This document shows, piece by piece, positions 9,680 to 23,725 of a stretch of 64,000 bases of DNA. The translations under genes and the position numbers were made by a program. The notes beneath the pieces were generated by a model, which had not been told where the DNA came from, did no database searches, and saw only the letters and a list, made by a program, of their open reading frames with translations. Every line of letters begins with the position of its first letter. The stretch's first letter is position 1. This stretch comes from Dehalococcoidia bacterium (GTDB lineage: Bacteria > Chloroflexota > Dehalococcoidia > SM23-28-2 > RBG-16-64-32), in contig CAXXTF010000002.1 of assembly GCA_963665775.2 (NCBI GenBank), positions 608,001 through 672,000 on the forward strand. Reading direction: 5' to 3'.

Positions 9680-10836
9680 CGGGCCGCCCTATCGGCTTGG
9701 CCGTCCTCGGCTCCACAGGCTCCGTCGGACGCCAAACCCTGGACGTAGTTCGCTCCCTGCCCGAAAGATTCAACGTCATCGCCCTGGCCACCGGCCGCAA
9801 CGGCACCCTCCTGGAGGAGCAAGCCCGCCAGTTCCAACCCCGCCTCATCTTCGCCGACCGGGAGGCCGACTACCTCTACCAGTGCATCGCCGGCGGCAAG
9901 CTGACCGCCTCCTGGGCAACCATGGAGGAGATGGCCTCCCATCCGGATGTGGACCTGGTCGTCGTGGCCACCATCGGCGCTACGGGCCTCGGCCCTAGCC
10001 TGGCCGCCCTCCGCGCCGGCAAGGCCCTGGCCATCGCCAACAAAGAGGTGTACGTGATGGCCGGCCATATAATCACCGCCGAGGCCCGCCGCTACGGCGC
10101 CGAGCTCCGCCCCATCGATTCCGAGCACTCCGCCATCTGGCAGTGCCTCTGGGGCGAAGCCCCCGACTCCATCCACCGCATCATCCTCACCGCCTCCGGC
10201 GGCCCCTTCCGCGACACACCCCGAGAGGAGTTGGCCCACATCACCCCCGAGGAGGCTCTCCGTCACCCCACCTGGCAGATGGGCCCGAAGATCACCGTGG
10301 ATAGCGCCACTCTCCTCAACAAGGGGCTGGAGTGCATCGAGGCCCAATGGCTCTTCGATATCCCTCTCGAACAGGTGGATGTAGTAATGCACCGCGAGAG
10401 CATCGTCCACTCCCTCGTCGAATTTAAGGATGGCTCCATCAAGGCGCAACTAGGCGTCCCAGATATGCGTCTACCTATTCAGTGTGCGCTCACTTATCCT
10501 GAGAGGGTGTCAGGCGCGCCTGTACCCAAACTCGATATGAAACGGATAGGTACCCTGAACTTTGGCGATCCCGATATGAAGCAGTTTCCCTGCCTGGCGC
10601 TGGCCCTAGAAGCCGGCCGACGCGGCGGCAGCTACCCCGCCGTCCTAGCTGCCGCGGACGAAGTGGCCGTTCAGCACTTTCTGGCCGGACACCTCCCCTT
10701 CCTGAGCATCCCTTACGCCATTGAAGAGGCCCTCGACGCTCACTCGGGCGTCGCCGACCCTACGCTCGACGATGTCCTGGCCGCCGATGCCTGGGCCCGC
10801 TCTTTCACCCAGGATTGGGTCAGCGCCAAGACCTAG
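9664..10836 (+). CDS. dxr: 1-deoxy-D-xylulose-5-phosphate reductoisomerase
   Basis: LGSTGSVG, ANKE, PIDSEHSAI, MGPKITVDSAT. Confidence 0.96.
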   Translation: MGHSVAGRPIGLAVLGSTGSVGRQTLDVVRSLPERFNVIALATGRNGTLLEEQARQFQPRLIFADREADYLYQCIAGGKLTASWATMEEMASHPDVDLVVVATIGATGLGPSLAALRAGKALAIANKEVYVMAGHIITAEARRYGAELRPIDSEHSAIWQCLWGEAPDSIHRIILTASGGPFRDTPREELAHITPEEALRHPTWQMGPKITVDSATLLNKGLECIEAQWLFDIPLEQVDVVMHRESIVHSLVEFKDGSIKAQLGVPDMRLPIQCALTYPERVSGAPVPKLDMKRIGTLNFGDPDMKQFPCLALALEAGRRGGSYPAVLAAADEVAVQHFLAGHLPFLSIPYAIEEALDAHSGVADPTLDDVLAADAWARSFTQDWVSAKT

Positions 10837-10843
10837 AGCCCCT

Positions 10844-11926
10844 ATGACCGTCCTCCAAGCGATCATCCCCTTCGTAGCGATCATCCTCGTCCTCATCGTG
10901 ATCCACGAGCTGGGCCACTACCTCACGGCCAAGCTGTTCGGGGTGAAGGTCCTCGAGGCTGGTATCGGCTACCCGCCGCGAGCCTGGGGCTTCACCCGGC
11001 GTGGCACCATATACTCCATCAACTGGCTCCCTCTGGGCGGCTTCGTACGGCTCCTGGGCGAGGAGGACCCCTCCGATCCCCAGAGCCTCGCGGCTAAACC
11101 CCGCTGGCAGCGCCTCATCGTCCTCGCCTCCGGCTCCGGGATGAACATCCTCCTCCCCATCCTTCTGTTCGCCATCGCCTTCATGATCCCCCGCCAGGTG
11201 GCCGTCGGCCCCGCCTTCATCAACATCGTCGAGCCGGATGCCCCCGCCGCTGTGGCCGGCCTCCAGGCCACTGATGTCATCCTCGAACTCAATGGCGAGA
11301 GCATCAAGAATACCCAGGAGGTCAGCCGCCTGATCCGGCTCAACCTGGGCGAGACCATCACCTTCACCGTCAAGCGCCAGCTCTTCGGTGGCGGCTCCGA
11401 GATCGTCACGATACCGGTTCAGGCTCGCTGGAGCCCACCTTCCGGCCAGGGCCCCACCGGTATCCGCATCGCCAACCTCTACCCGCAGTTCACCGAAACC
11501 GAGAGCTACCCCCCCTGGGAAGCCATCGGCAAGGGCTGGACATCCACCGTGGACTCCCTGACCCTCGCCCGCAACCAGGTCATCGTCTTGTTCAAAGGCG
11601 GCTCCGGACCTGCAGTCGCCGGGCCGGTCGGCATCGCCCAGGCCACCGGTGAAGTCGTCGACCAGGCCGGTTGGCAGGTCCTCCTGGATCTCGCTGCCAT
11701 CCTCTCCATCAACCTGGCCATTATCAATATCCTCCCCCTCCCCATGCTGGACGGTGGCCGGATCGCTTTCGTCCTCCTGGAGATCGCCCGCCGCGGCAAG
11801 CGCATCGCCCCGGAGAAGGAGGCTCTCGTTCACTTCTTCGGCCTGGCCCTCATAATCACGGTGGCGGTCGTCGTTACCTACTTCGACGTGGTCCGGATCT
11901 TTAGCGGCGAGAGCCTGTTCCGGTAG
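10844..11926 (+). CDS. rseP: RIP metalloprotease RseP (M50, PDZ)
   Basis: HELGH and NILPLPMLDGG; start taken at ATG 10844. Confidence 0.93.
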   Translation: MTVLQAIIPFVAIILVLIVIHELGHYLTAKLFGVKVLEAGIGYPPRAWGFTRRGTIYSINWLPLGGFVRLLGEEDPSDPQSLAAKPRWQRLIVLASGSGMNILLPILLFAIAFMIPRQVAVGPAFINIVEPDAPAAVAGLQATDVILELNGESIKNTQEVSRLIRLNLGETITFTVKRQLFGGGSEIVTIPVQARWSPPSGQGPTGIRIANLYPQFTETESYPPWEAIGKGWTSTVDSLTLARNQVIVLFKGGSGPAVAGPVGIAQATGEVVDQAGWQVLLDLAAILSINLAIINILPLPMLDGGRIAFVLLEIARRGKRIAPEKEALVHFFGLALIITVAVVVTYFDVVRIFSGESLFR

Positions 11927-12060
11927 CGACAGATTGACGCGGCCTATATACTGTTTGTATCGTGTCAAGCGGAAGAAGTCAGGCCAGCGAGCCGTCTCCG
12001 GCGGATGCCCGTACACACAGCTCGGCTAGGCCGAGTACCTGGAAGGGAGCGCTCAGTCCG

Positions 12061-13254
<1,194 letters not shown>

Positions 13255-13401
13255 CCGCCTAGTCGCTTGACAGGCCAGCCTGCGCGGGCATAAGGTGGGC
13301 GCGCCATGGAGGAGCCGGTCATTCAGACGCTCGCTGACCGCATATGTCCATAATCGCCACCTCCTGACCAGTCTTCCTTACCCAACCGTGACCCCACCCT
13401 C

Positions 13402-13722
13402 GTGACCCTAGAAGCGCGCATCGGCTTCATCCTCATCTTCTTTGCTCTATGGTCCGTCATGGGCCTCCTCCCCTGGGCCGTCACCGCCGTCCTCGCCCGT
13501 GGTCGCGGCGCCCTCCTGGCCCTCCCCTTAGCCCTGGCCGGCGCTGCCGCCGCCGGCGTTCTCGTACCCCTCGTCGGCCTCCGCGACGCCTTCGGCTTCT
13601 TCATCAGCCTTCCTGTCGCGCTGGCCGGTGGCGCCCTCGCCTCCACCGCTGGCATCCGCATCGCGCGTCGCCTCTCGGCCGCTCCATCTGCCCCCTTGGC
13701 CGACGACGAACCCACCGATTGA
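13402..13722 (+). CDS. Small membrane protein, hypothetical
   Basis: 106 aa, about 3 hydrophobic segments, local C-ending codon usage. Confidence 0.6.
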   Translation: MTLEARIGFILIFFALWSVMGLLPWAVTAVLARGRGALLALPLALAGAAAAGVLVPLVGLRDAFGFFISLPVALAGGALASTAGIRIARRLSAAPSAPLADDEPTD

Positions 13723-13778
13723 CGGCAGACGCCCGATCGTTTGTAGATCGTAAGGGTCGTCGCCTCTACACTCTAACC

Positions 13779-14783
13779 GTGACCCCCCCTTCGGCATCAG
13801 ATCCCGAACACCAACCGCCGATCGTAGCCCTCTCCACCATGTGGTCTCAGGGCCGCTTCCCGCGCCGGGGACCCGAAGGCGACGACATGCTCGCTTTCGC
13901 TCAGACCGCGACCCGCCTCGGCTTCAGTTATGTCGAGATCAGCTACGTCATACCGCCCGACGGTGTCGAGCAACTCATCACCACAGACGAAATCGCGGTC
14001 GCCTCCCTCCATTCCCCGGCCCCTCGCATCAAGACCGCCAACGGCCGTATGTCGGACGCGCTCAACCTGGCCTCGCTCGATCAGAGCGAACGGGCCCTCG
14101 CCGTCCAGCGAGCCCAGGCCACCATCGATCACGCCGCTCGCGCTCGCGCCGGCTACATCGTGGTTCACCTCGGTGGCATCGGCTCAGCCGTCTTCGACGA
14201 GGAGCGGCAGCTCCGCCGGCTCTACGACGAGGGGGTTCACGGCGGCGAGGCGGTGGACGAGCTCCGCCGCCAGGCTCTCGATCGCCGCCGCGAAGGCGCC
14301 AGCCGCCACTTATCCGAGGCCCGCCGCTCCCTGGCCGAGATGGCCGAATACGCTGCCCGCTTCGGCGTCGCCATCGGCCTGGAGAACCGCTACCGCTACC
14401 ACGAGATTCCCAGCATCGACGAGATGCACGAACTCCTTGCCGACTACCCTCCCGATCTTGTCGGCTTCTGGCTCGATGTCGGCCACGCTGAGGTCATGGA
14501 TCGCCTTGGCCTCACCGCCAATCAGCGGTGGCTGAATGAGCTGGCCGGTCGCTGCCTGGGCGCTCACGTCCACGATGTCGATCACCTGACCGATCACCGC
14601 GCCCCCGGCCACGGCACCGCCGACTGGGCACACCTCGCCCGCCGCCTGCCGCCACACGTCCCCCGCATCTTCGAGATCAACCAGCTGACTCCGGAGGACC
14701 AGGTCGCGGCCTCTATACCGTTCCTCAGAGGGCGCGGCGTCCTCCCCTCGTCGCCTCTGACAACGACGGCGACGCATGGATGA
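13779..14783 (+). CDS. Sugar phosphate isomerase/epimerase (xylose isomerase-like TIM barrel)
   Basis: [33 protein letters not shown]; start uncertain (GTG 13779 or ATG 13839). Confidence 0.8.
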   Translation: MTPPSASDPEHQPPIVALSTMWSQGRFPRRGPEGDDMLAFAQTATRLGFSYVEISYVIPPDGVEQLITTDEIAVASLHSPAPRIKTANGRMSDALNLASLDQSERALAVQRAQATIDHAARARAGYIVVHLGGIGSAVFDEERQLRRLYDEGVHGGEAVDELRRQALDRRREGASRHLSEARRSLAEMAEYAARFGVAIGLENRYRYHEIPSIDEMHELLADYPPDLVGFWLDVGHAEVMDRLGLTANQRWLNELAGRCLGAHVHDVDHLTDHRAPGHGTADWAHLARRLPPHVPRIFEINQLTPEDQVAASIPFLRGRGVLPSSPLTTTATHG

Positions 14784-16197
14784 GCTGGCCCTCCTCGATG
14801 CCACCGCCCAGGCCGACCTCGTACGCCGTAAGGAGGTCAAGGCCGTAGAGCTGCTCGACGCCGCCATCGACCGTATCGAGCGCCTCAACCCCACCCTCAA
14901 CGCCGTTGTCACTCCCCTGTACGACCAGGCCCGCGCGGCCGCCTCCGACCCCCTCCCGGACGGCCCCTTCGCCGGTGTCCCTTTCCTCCTCAAGGACCTG
15001 GGCGCGGAATACGCCGGCGCACCCCTCAGAGCGGGCTCCGCCTTCCTCCGCGATTACGTCTCCCCTGACGATTCCGAGCTCGTCAGGCGCTACAAGGGCG
15101 CCGGCCTCATCATCCTCGGTAAAACCAACGCACCGGAACTCGGCCTCGTCCCCACCACCGAGCCTCTCCTCTTCGGTCCCACGCGCAACCCATGGGACAC
15201 CTCCCGCACTCCCGGCGGCTCCAGCGGCGGCTCGGCGGCCGCGGTGGCCTCCGGCATGGTGCCCGCCGCGCACGGCAACGACGGCGGCGGCTCTCTTCGC
15301 ATCCCCGCCTCCTGCTGCGGCCTCTTCGGCCTCAAACCCACCCGCGCCCGTCTCCCCATGAGCCCCGGCAGCGACATCGCGGGCGCCCTTGGCCAGGATC
15401 ACGTCCTCACCCGCTCCGTCCGCGACAGCGCCGCCCTTCTGGACGCCACCGCCGGCCCTGACCTGGGTGCCCCTTACTGGGCGCCGCCGCCCTTCCGGCC
15501 ATTCGCCCAGGAGGTGGGCGCCGACCCCGGCCGCCTGCGCATCGCCTTCACCACCTACACGCTCACCGGCACCTCGCTCCATGCCGATTGCGTAACCGCC
15601 GTCCGCGACGCCGCCGCCCTCTGCGCCGATCTCGGCCACGAGCTCACGGAGGCCGCCCCCAACCTCGATGGCGAACGCCTCACTCGGGCTTTCGACACCG
15701 TATGGGCCGCCGGCTGTGCTCGCACCCTCGACGGCCTTTCGCGGCTGCACGACCGCGAGCTGACCCCGGCCCTGTTTGAGCCGCTCACCTGGGCCCTCTA
15801 CGAGCGGGGCCGGCGGGTCTCCGCCTCCGACTACCTCCTCGCCATCTCCGACCTCCAGCAGGCCTCCCGCGATGTCGCCCACTTCCTCCTGGACTACGAC
15901 CTCTGGCTCACCCCTACGCTGGGCGAGCCCCCACTCCCCCTCGGCGCCCTCGCGCCCGCCCCTGACGACCCGCTCGCCGGCTACTTCCGCGCCTTCGCCT
16001 TCGTCCCCTTCACCCCTCTGGCCAACGCCAGCGGCCAGCCCGCCATCTCCGTACCGCTGTATTGGAACGCCGATGGCCTGCCCGTCGGCGTCCACTTCCT
16101 GGCCCCCTTCGGCGACGAGGCCACCCTCTTCCGCCTGGCCGCCCAGCTAGAAGCGGCCCGCCCCTGGGCCAATCGCCGCCCGCCGCTGAGCGCGTAA
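14776..16197 (+). CDS. Amidase signature family enzyme
   Basis: [36 protein letters not shown]. Confidence 0.93.
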   Translation: MDELALLDATAQADLVRRKEVKAVELLDAAIDRIERLNPTLNAVVTPLYDQARAAASDPLPDGPFAGVPFLLKDLGAEYAGAPLRAGSAFLRDYVSPDDSELVRRYKGAGLIILGKTNAPELGLVPTTEPLLFGPTRNPWDTSRTPGGSSGGSAAAVASGMVPAAHGNDGGGSLRIPASCCGLFGLKPTRARLPMSPGSDIAGALGQDHVLTRSVRDSAALLDATAGPDLGAPYWAPPPFRPFAQEVGADPGRLRIAFTTYTLTGTSLHADCVTAVRDAAALCADLGHELTEAAPNLDGERLTRAFDTVWAAGCARTLDGLSRLHDRELTPALFEPLTWALYERGRRVSASDYLLAISDLQQASRDVAHFLLDYDLWLTPTLGEPPLPLGALAPAPDDPLAGYFRAFAFVPFTPLANASGQPAISVPLYWNADGLPVGVHFLAPFGDEATLFRLAAQLEAARPWANRRPPLSA

Positions 16198-16266
16198 GGA
16201 GGTAGAGGGTCACGTGACCCTCTACCCTTGACCCAGCCCTCGCCTCCATCGCACCATAGCCTCGAC

Positions 16267-17979
16267 ATGCGCATGTCCCAGCTATTCGGCAAGACCCTCC
16301 GCCAGACCCCGGCGGAGGCGGACAACCCCTCCCATCAGCTCCTCCTCCGCGCCGGTATGGTCCAGCAGATCGCCGCCGGCGTCTACGCCCTCCTCCCCCT
16401 CGCCTGGCGCGCCCTCCACAAGATCGAGGCCATCATCCGCCAGGAGATGGACGCCGCCGGTGGCCAGGAGCTAATGATGCCCGCCATCCACCCCATGGAG
16501 CTCTGGCAGGCCTCCGGCCGCGACCAGGCCATGAAAGATATCCTCTTCCGCTTCAGCGATAAGCGCGACCGCCAGTTCGTCCTCGGCCCCACCCACGAGG
16601 AGATCATCGTCGAGCTGTTCAAGCGCAACGTCCGCTCCTACCGCGATCTCCCCCTCCTCGTCTACCAGATCCAGCAGAAGTTCCGCGACGAACCCCGCCC
16701 TCGCGGCGGCCTCATCCGCCTTCGCCAGTTCACCATGAAGGACCTCTACTCCTTCGACGTCGACTTCGAGGGCCTCGACGTCTCCTACCGTAAGATGTAC
16801 GACGCCTACGCCCGCATCTTCGACCGCTGCGGCGTTCCCACCATCCCCGCCCTGGCTGACTCCGGCGCCATGGGCGGCCGCGACACCCACGAGTTCATCT
16901 TCCTCACCGACTACGGCGAGGACTCCTGCCTCCTCTGCCCCACCTGCGGCTACGCCGCCAACGCCGAGGTCGCCGCCTTCGTCAAAGAACCCGCCCACAG
17001 CGCCGAGGAGCCCCAGCCGGTACAGGAGATACCCACCCCCGGCCTGTACACCATCCAGGCCCTGGCCGACCATCTGGGCATTCCCAACTCCAGGACCTGC
17101 AAGGCGGTCTTCTACTCCGCTGCCTATCCCGATCGTGAAGAGCCGGTGTTCGTCGCCGTCCGCGGCGACATGGACGTCAACGAGCCTAAGCTTCGCCGCG
17201 CCCTCGGCGCCATAGAAGTCCGCTACCTGAGCCAAAACGAGGCAGTCGCGGCCGGCTTCGTCGCCGGCTCCGCCTCCGCCGTCGGCCTCAAGGGCGTCCG
17301 TATCGTGGCCGACGACCTCCTCCCCCAGGAGCGAAACCTGGTGGCCGGGGCCAACAAGCCCGATGCCCACCTCCTCAACGTCAACTACGGCCGCGACTGG
17401 CAAGCCGACATCGTCGCCGACATCGCCCTCACCCAGGAAGGCCACCTCTGCGCTCAGTGCCGCACCCCGATGACCCTCAGCCGCGGCATCGAGATGGGAC
17501 AGGTCTTCAAGCTCGGCACCTTCTACGCCGAGAAGCTGGGCGCCACCTTCCTCGATCAAGAGGGCAAGCAGCGCCCCGCCGTCATGGGCAGCTACGGCAT
17601 CGGCACCGAACGCCTCCTGGCCACCGTGATCGAGGCCAACCACGACGAGCGGGGCATCGTCTGGCCCCCAGCGCTAGCCCCCTACGACGTCCACCTCGTT
17701 GCCCTCCAGGTCGATCGCTCCCAGGTCCGCCAGCCCGCCGAGGAGCTGTACGAGCGTCTACAGACCTCCGGACTCGCCGTCCTCTACGACGACCGAGACG
17801 AGACGCCCGGCGTTAAGTTCAACGACGCGGACCTCCTGGGCATGCCCCTCCGCGCCATCATCAGCCCCCGCACCCTGGAGAAGGGCGCCCTGGAACTCAA
17901 GCGGCGCCCTCAAACCGAGACGACCTTGGTGCCCCTGGAGCAGGCCGTTGAGGAGGTCAACAGGGCCCTTCAGGGGTAA
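16267..17979 (+). CDS. proS: Proline--tRNA ligase (with INS editing domain)
   Basis: MRMSQLF, LGPTHEE, FRDEPRPRGGLIR, GIEMGQVFKLG, MGSYGIG. Confidence 0.97.
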   Translation: MRMSQLFGKTLRQTPAEADNPSHQLLLRAGMVQQIAAGVYALLPLAWRALHKIEAIIRQEMDAAGGQELMMPAIHPMELWQASGRDQAMKDILFRFSDKRDRQFVLGPTHEEIIVELFKRNVRSYRDLPLLVYQIQQKFRDEPRPRGGLIRLRQFTMKDLYSFDVDFEGLDVSYRKMYDAYARIFDRCGVPTIPALADSGAMGGRDTHEFIFLTDYGEDSCLLCPTCGYAANAEVAAFVKEPAHSAEEPQPVQEIPTPGLYTIQALADHLGIPNSRTCKAVFYSAAYPDREEPVFVAVRGDMDVNEPKLRRALGAIEVRYLSQNEAVAAGFVAGSASAVGLKGVRIVADDLLPQERNLVAGANKPDAHLLNVNYGRDWQADIVADIALTQEGHLCAQCRTPMTLSRGIEMGQVFKLGTFYAEKLGATFLDQEGKQRPAVMGSYGIGTERLLATVIEANHDERGIVWPPALAPYDVHLVALQVDRSQVRQPAEELYERLQTSGLAVLYDDRDETPGVKFNDADLLGMPLRAIISPRTLEKGALELKRRPQTETTLVPLEQAVEEVNRALQG

Positions 17980-18054
17980 GCCAGCCCCGGGGCGCAGGTT
18001 GCGACCTCCCGACCGTCATGATATAGTTCAGATACAGTAATATGCCTGTCGAAG

Positions 18055-18079
18055 GAGTGGGGTGGCCCCACTCTTTTTT
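18055..18079 (+). promoter_or_regulatory. rimP/nusA-operon leader hairpin
   Basis: GAGTGGGG-TGG-CCCCACTC then TTTTTT, upstream of nusA. Confidence 0.65.
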
Positions 18080-18116
18080 GGCTCAGGGAGCGGGCGCTCA
18101 GGAGGTCGATGCGGAC

Positions 18117-19580
18117 GTGAAGAGCGAGTTCATGATCGCCATCACGCAGTTGGCGGCAGAGAAAAACTTGCCCAGAGAGGTCGTTCTCCAAGCAATGGAG
18201 GCTGCCCTCGTCTCCGCTTACAAGAAGGACAGTGAGCTTGCCGGCAACATCGTCGTCCAGATCGACCGCGAGACCGGCGACCACCACGTCTTCCTGGAGC
18301 GGATCGTGGTTCAGGAAGTCACCGACCCTAAGTTGGAGATCAGCATCACGGACGCCCGCCGCATCAAGCCGGACGCCACCATCGAAGATGCCATTCGGAC
18401 CCCGGTGCAACCCTCCCAGGCTAGTCGCATCGCCGCTCAGACAGCCAAGCAGGTCGTCCTCCAGCGGCTGCGAGAAGCCGAGCGGGAGATGGTGTTTGAG
18501 GAGTTCTCCAACCGCGAAGGGGACATTGTCTCAGGTGTCATCCAGAGGATGGAAGCCGATCAACTCATAGTGGACCTAGGCAAGACAGAGGCCGTCCTAC
18601 CTGCGGCTGAGCAAGTGCACATGGAGCACTACCGCCCTGGTCAGCGAATGAAGTTCTATCTCGTAGAGGTTCGTCGCTCCATCAGGGGACCGCAACTGAT
18701 CCTCTCCAGGACTCACAAGAGCCTCATCAGGCGGCTGTTTGAATTGGAAGTACCGGAGATATTCAGAGGTACCGTGGAGATCAAGTCAATCGCCCGAGAG
18801 GCCGGCCATCGCAGCAAGGTAGCCGTCACCACTCACCAAGAGGGCGTCGACCCCGTAGGCTCCTGTGTCGGCCTGCGTGGCATACGCATCCAGAATATCG
18901 TCAATGAGCTGAACGGAGAGCGGATCGACGTCATCCAATGGGACCCCGAGGCGGCGCGGCTCGTTGCCAATTCCTTGAGCCCGGCTCAGGTCCTCACTGT
19001 ACAGATCAGCCCAGACGACAACACCGCCTCTGTCATCGTGCCGGACAGACAGCTCTCCCTCGCTATCGGCAAGGAAGGGCAGAACGCCCGCCTGGCCGCC
19101 AAGCTTACGGGCTGGCGCATCGACATCAAACCAGAGTCCGCCGCCCAAGAGCTCCTGGCCGCCGCCCCGGTCGCCGAGAAGCCGGTGGCTACTACCGCAA
19201 ACGTCAAATCCGCCGCGCCAGAGCAGCCCCCGCCCTGGACGGAAGTGATCCAGGAGGGAGAGAGTGCGGCGGCTCCGAAGGAGGAGGCAGCCCTGGCAGA
19301 GGTGGCCGCTCCGCCATCGGCAGCGGCAGCGCCTGCCACCTCCAAGCTTCGTTTTGCCGAAGACCTGCCTGCCGCTACCCCCCCCAGCCAGCCCAAGAAG
19401 AGGAAGGCCAAAAAGGGAGGGAAGCCGGATGAAGCGGAAGCGGAAGGGGAAGCCAGGGCAACTAAGACCCGACGCGCCCGCCGACCAGCTATCGTAGAGG
19501 ATGACCTTGACGAATCAGAGGACGGCATAGACATCGACATCACCTACGAGACACCGGACGACGAGACACCGGACGACTAG
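18117..19580 (+). CDS. nusA: Transcription factor NusA with low-complexity C-terminal tail
   Basis: [53 protein letters not shown]; GGAGG before GTG 18117. Confidence 0.96.
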   Translation: MKSEFMIAITQLAAEKNLPREVVLQAMEAALVSAYKKDSELAGNIVVQIDRETGDHHVFLERIVVQEVTDPKLEISITDARRIKPDATIEDAIRTPVQPSQASRIAAQTAKQVVLQRLREAEREMVFEEFSNREGDIVSGVIQRMEADQLIVDLGKTEAVLPAAEQVHMEHYRPGQRMKFYLVEVRRSIRGPQLILSRTHKSLIRRLFELEVPEIFRGTVEIKSIAREAGHRSKVAVTTHQEGVDPVGSCVGLRGIRIQNIVNELNGERIDVIQWDPEAARLVANSLSPAQVLTVQISPDDNTASVIVPDRQLSLAIGKEGQNARLAAKLTGWRIDIKPESAAQELLAAAPVAEKPVATTANVKSAAPEQPPPWTEVIQEGESAAAPKEEAALAEVAAPPSAAAAPATSKLRFAEDLPAATPPSQPKKRKAKKGGKPDEAEAEGEARATKTRRARRPAIVEDDLDESEDGIDIDITYETPDDETPDD

Positions 19581-19582
19581 AC

Positions 19583-19878
19583 ATGCCAACGAAGACGCCT
19601 CTCCGGCCCAAGCATGTGCCCAGCAGAAGCTGCGTTAGCTGCGACACGACCACGGCCAAGCGCACCCTCGTCCGCGTTGTACGCACCCCAGAAGGCCAGA
19701 TCCTGCCGGATCCTAGCGGAAAGCAACCCGGCCGGGGCGCCTACCTCTGCGCCGACTCTCAGTGCTGGGACCGGGCCCTTAAGAAGGGCCGTCTGGAGCG
19801 CTCGCTGAGGGCGAAGCTCTCGCCGGAAGAGATGGATGGCCTGCGCAGTTTCGCCCACGATCACATAGGGGAGGGAGG

Positions 19879-19882
<4 letters not shown>
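19583..19882 (+). CDS. ylxR: YlxR/RnpM family RNA-binding protein
   Basis: PSRSCVSC, GRGAYLC; located between nusA and infB. Confidence 0.92.
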
Positions 19883-21627
<1,745 letters not shown>

Positions 21628-21661
21628 ACCCGCACCCGCCTGCATAGAAAGGCGTGAAATC

Positions 21662-22018
21662 TTGAGCCGACGCCTACTGCGTCTCAACGCTCAGTTCCGC
21701 CAGGAGCTGGCACAGCTTATCCATTTCGAGGTGCGGGACCCTCGCCTGGCGGACTTCGTCAGCATCACGCAGGTAGAGATATCCCCAGACCTCGCAAACG
21801 CCAGCGTCCACGCCAGCGTCATGGGCGACGAGCAAGCCAAGCGCTCGACGATCGAGGCGCTGACAGCGGCCGCTCCCTTCCTTCGCCGCCACCTCACTGA
21901 GCGCATAGCTATACGACGCATACCCATCCTCCACTTCCTCCTGGACGAGAGCATCGAGGAGGCAGCCCGCCTCCTGACGCTAATGAAACAGGTGACCGAG
22001 ACAAAATCCCCGCCATGA
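21662..22018 (+). CDS. rbfA: Ribosome-binding factor A
   Basis: DPRL..VSITQVEISPDL, RRIPILHFLLDES. Confidence 0.93.
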   Translation: MSRRLLRLNAQFRQELAQLIHFEVRDPRLADFVSITQVEISPDLANASVHASVMGDEQAKRSTIEALTAAAPFLRRHLTERIAIRRIPILHFLLDESIEEAARLLTLMKQVTETKSPP

Positions 22019-22926
22019 CCCGCTCCGGCATACTCAACGTTAACAAGGAGCCCGGTTGGACATCGTTCCAGGTTGTCGCGTTGGTGCGAAACGGTAGCGG
22101 GATACGAAAGGTGGGCCACGCCGGGACACTCGACCCCGCAGCCACCGGCGTCCTCCTGGTATGTCTCGGTCAGGCCACGCGCGTCAGCGAGTATCTGATG
22201 GAGCTGCCCAAGACCTATCAAGCTCAGATCGTTCTCGGCATCGCTACGGACACGTACGACGCGGATGGCCGGCCTCTTTCGACAGGCGACTTCACGGGTA
22301 TCACAGAAGACCGCTTGAGCGTGGCCCTTCTGCGGTTCGTCGGCGATATTCAGCAGGTTCCGCCCAGCTTCAGCGCCGTCAAGGTAGGCGGCCAGCCGGC
22401 CCACCGCCTGGCGCGAAAGGGCCAGCAGCCGACCCTTAAGGCACGCTCAAGACGCATCGATTCCATAGATCTGCTCAGCTTCGCACCGCCCGTCGTGGAG
22501 ATCGAAGTCCACTGCGGCAAGGGCACCTACATCCGTAGCCTGGCCCACGATTTGGGCCGGCATCTGGGCTGCGGAGCACACCTGGGCAGCCTCACTCGCA
22601 CACAGGTAGGCCCTTTCAGCCTCGACATCGCCATTACGCTGCCGGAGCTCCAGCAAGCTCTCGGCAACGGCACCTGGAAGGCACACCTCCTCCCTATCGA
22701 TTCCGGCCTGGCCAATATCCCCTCCCTCACCCTGAAGGATGACGACGCGCGGTCGATCCGGCATGGCCGCCCCCTGCTCGCTGACGGATACCCCGCTCTC
22801 CTGACGGACCCAGCCATTGGTCCACGCTATCGCGCCTACGGAGAAGATGGCTCTTTCCTGGCGATCCTGGCCCAAGATAGCGAATCGCACCTCTGGCGGC
22901 CGGAGAAGGTCTTCACCCCTATCTGA
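22015..22926 (+). CDS. truB: tRNA pseudouridine(55) synthase
   Basis: KVGHAGTLDPAATGVL, CGKGTYIRSLAHD. Confidence 0.96.
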   Translation: MTRSGILNVNKEPGWTSFQVVALVRNGSGIRKVGHAGTLDPAATGVLLVCLGQATRVSEYLMELPKTYQAQIVLGIATDTYDADGRPLSTGDFTGITEDRLSVALLRFVGDIQQVPPSFSAVKVGGQPAHRLARKGQQPTLKARSRRIDSIDLLSFAPPVVEIEVHCGKGTYIRSLAHDLGRHLGCGAHLGSLTRTQVGPFSLDIAITLPELQQALGNGTWKAHLLPIDSGLANIPSLTLKDDDARSIRHGRPLLADGYPALLTDPAIGPRYRAYGEDGSFLAILAQDSESHLWRPEKVFTPI

Positions 22927-23002
22927 GCGGCCCTCTCCGGCAGCGAAATGCGTCCAACCGGGCCCAATTCGCGATATTAGGCCCACAGATACGGCTCTCC
23001 CC

Positions 23003-23030
23003 TTGACAAGGCGTCCAGAATCATTATGCT
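23003..23030 (+). promoter_or_regulatory. Sigma70-type promoter
   Basis: TTGACA-16 nt-TATGCT upstream of the small Zn-ribbon gene. Confidence 0.55.
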
Positions 23031-23077
23031 TGTCGCAAAGGTAAAGCGGAATTCATATCTGAGCGAAGGGGGCTAAT

Positions 23078-23218
23078 ATGGAAGCTTACTGCCTGAAGTG
23101 TCGTCAAAAGAGGGAGATTCGCAACCCGCAACAGGTGAGCCTTAAGAACGGCCGGCCGGCAACCCAGGGCTCTTGCCCGGTCTGCAACACCAAGATGTAC
23201 CGCATCGGCAAGAGCTAG
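23078..23218 (+). CDS. DUF5679-type small zinc-ribbon protein (46 aa; not in ORF track)
   Basis: MEAYCLKCRQKREIRNPQQVSLKNGRPATQGSCPVCNTKMYRIGKS; AAGGGGG RBS. Confidence 0.85.
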   Translation: MEAYCLKCRQKREIRNPQQVSLKNGRPATQGSCPVCNTKMYRIGKS

Positions 23219-23725
23219 GCCCCGCCGATCCCTTACTTCGGACAACGGACTGCATCGGGCAGCGCCGCACTGCCCGGAGGACGCGCCGGCGGTACGTCGC
23301 GGCCCAGCCCATACCCGATCAACGGCCGAGGTTCGCCTCGCCCCATCCATATCGACCCGTCTACGTCTACCTGAGCAAGCTGGTCAGCACGGACCGTGTG
23401 TTATAGTGGGGAAACGTGGGCCCGCAGGCCCATCCCGTTCGCGATAACGCCTGTTCCCTAGCGCGGCGAGAAGTGGATCTTCCCGCCGTCCGAAGCAACG
23501 CCGCCCCGTCAGCCAGAACTATGCGCCAAAGCTGATGATGGGCCGCCGCTTAAGATAGAATGCGTTTGGAAGTTATGACGATGAACGCTCCCTGATCAGA
23601 ATATCGCCCTAGCCAGAAGACAACCGTAGAAACAGAAAGCGCCAGCCCCAGCCTTGCTGGACCCGAGGCCAGGGAATACAATGCAGCGGGCCGCTCGCTG
23701 GCGCGGCAGAAGGAGGACAACGTAG

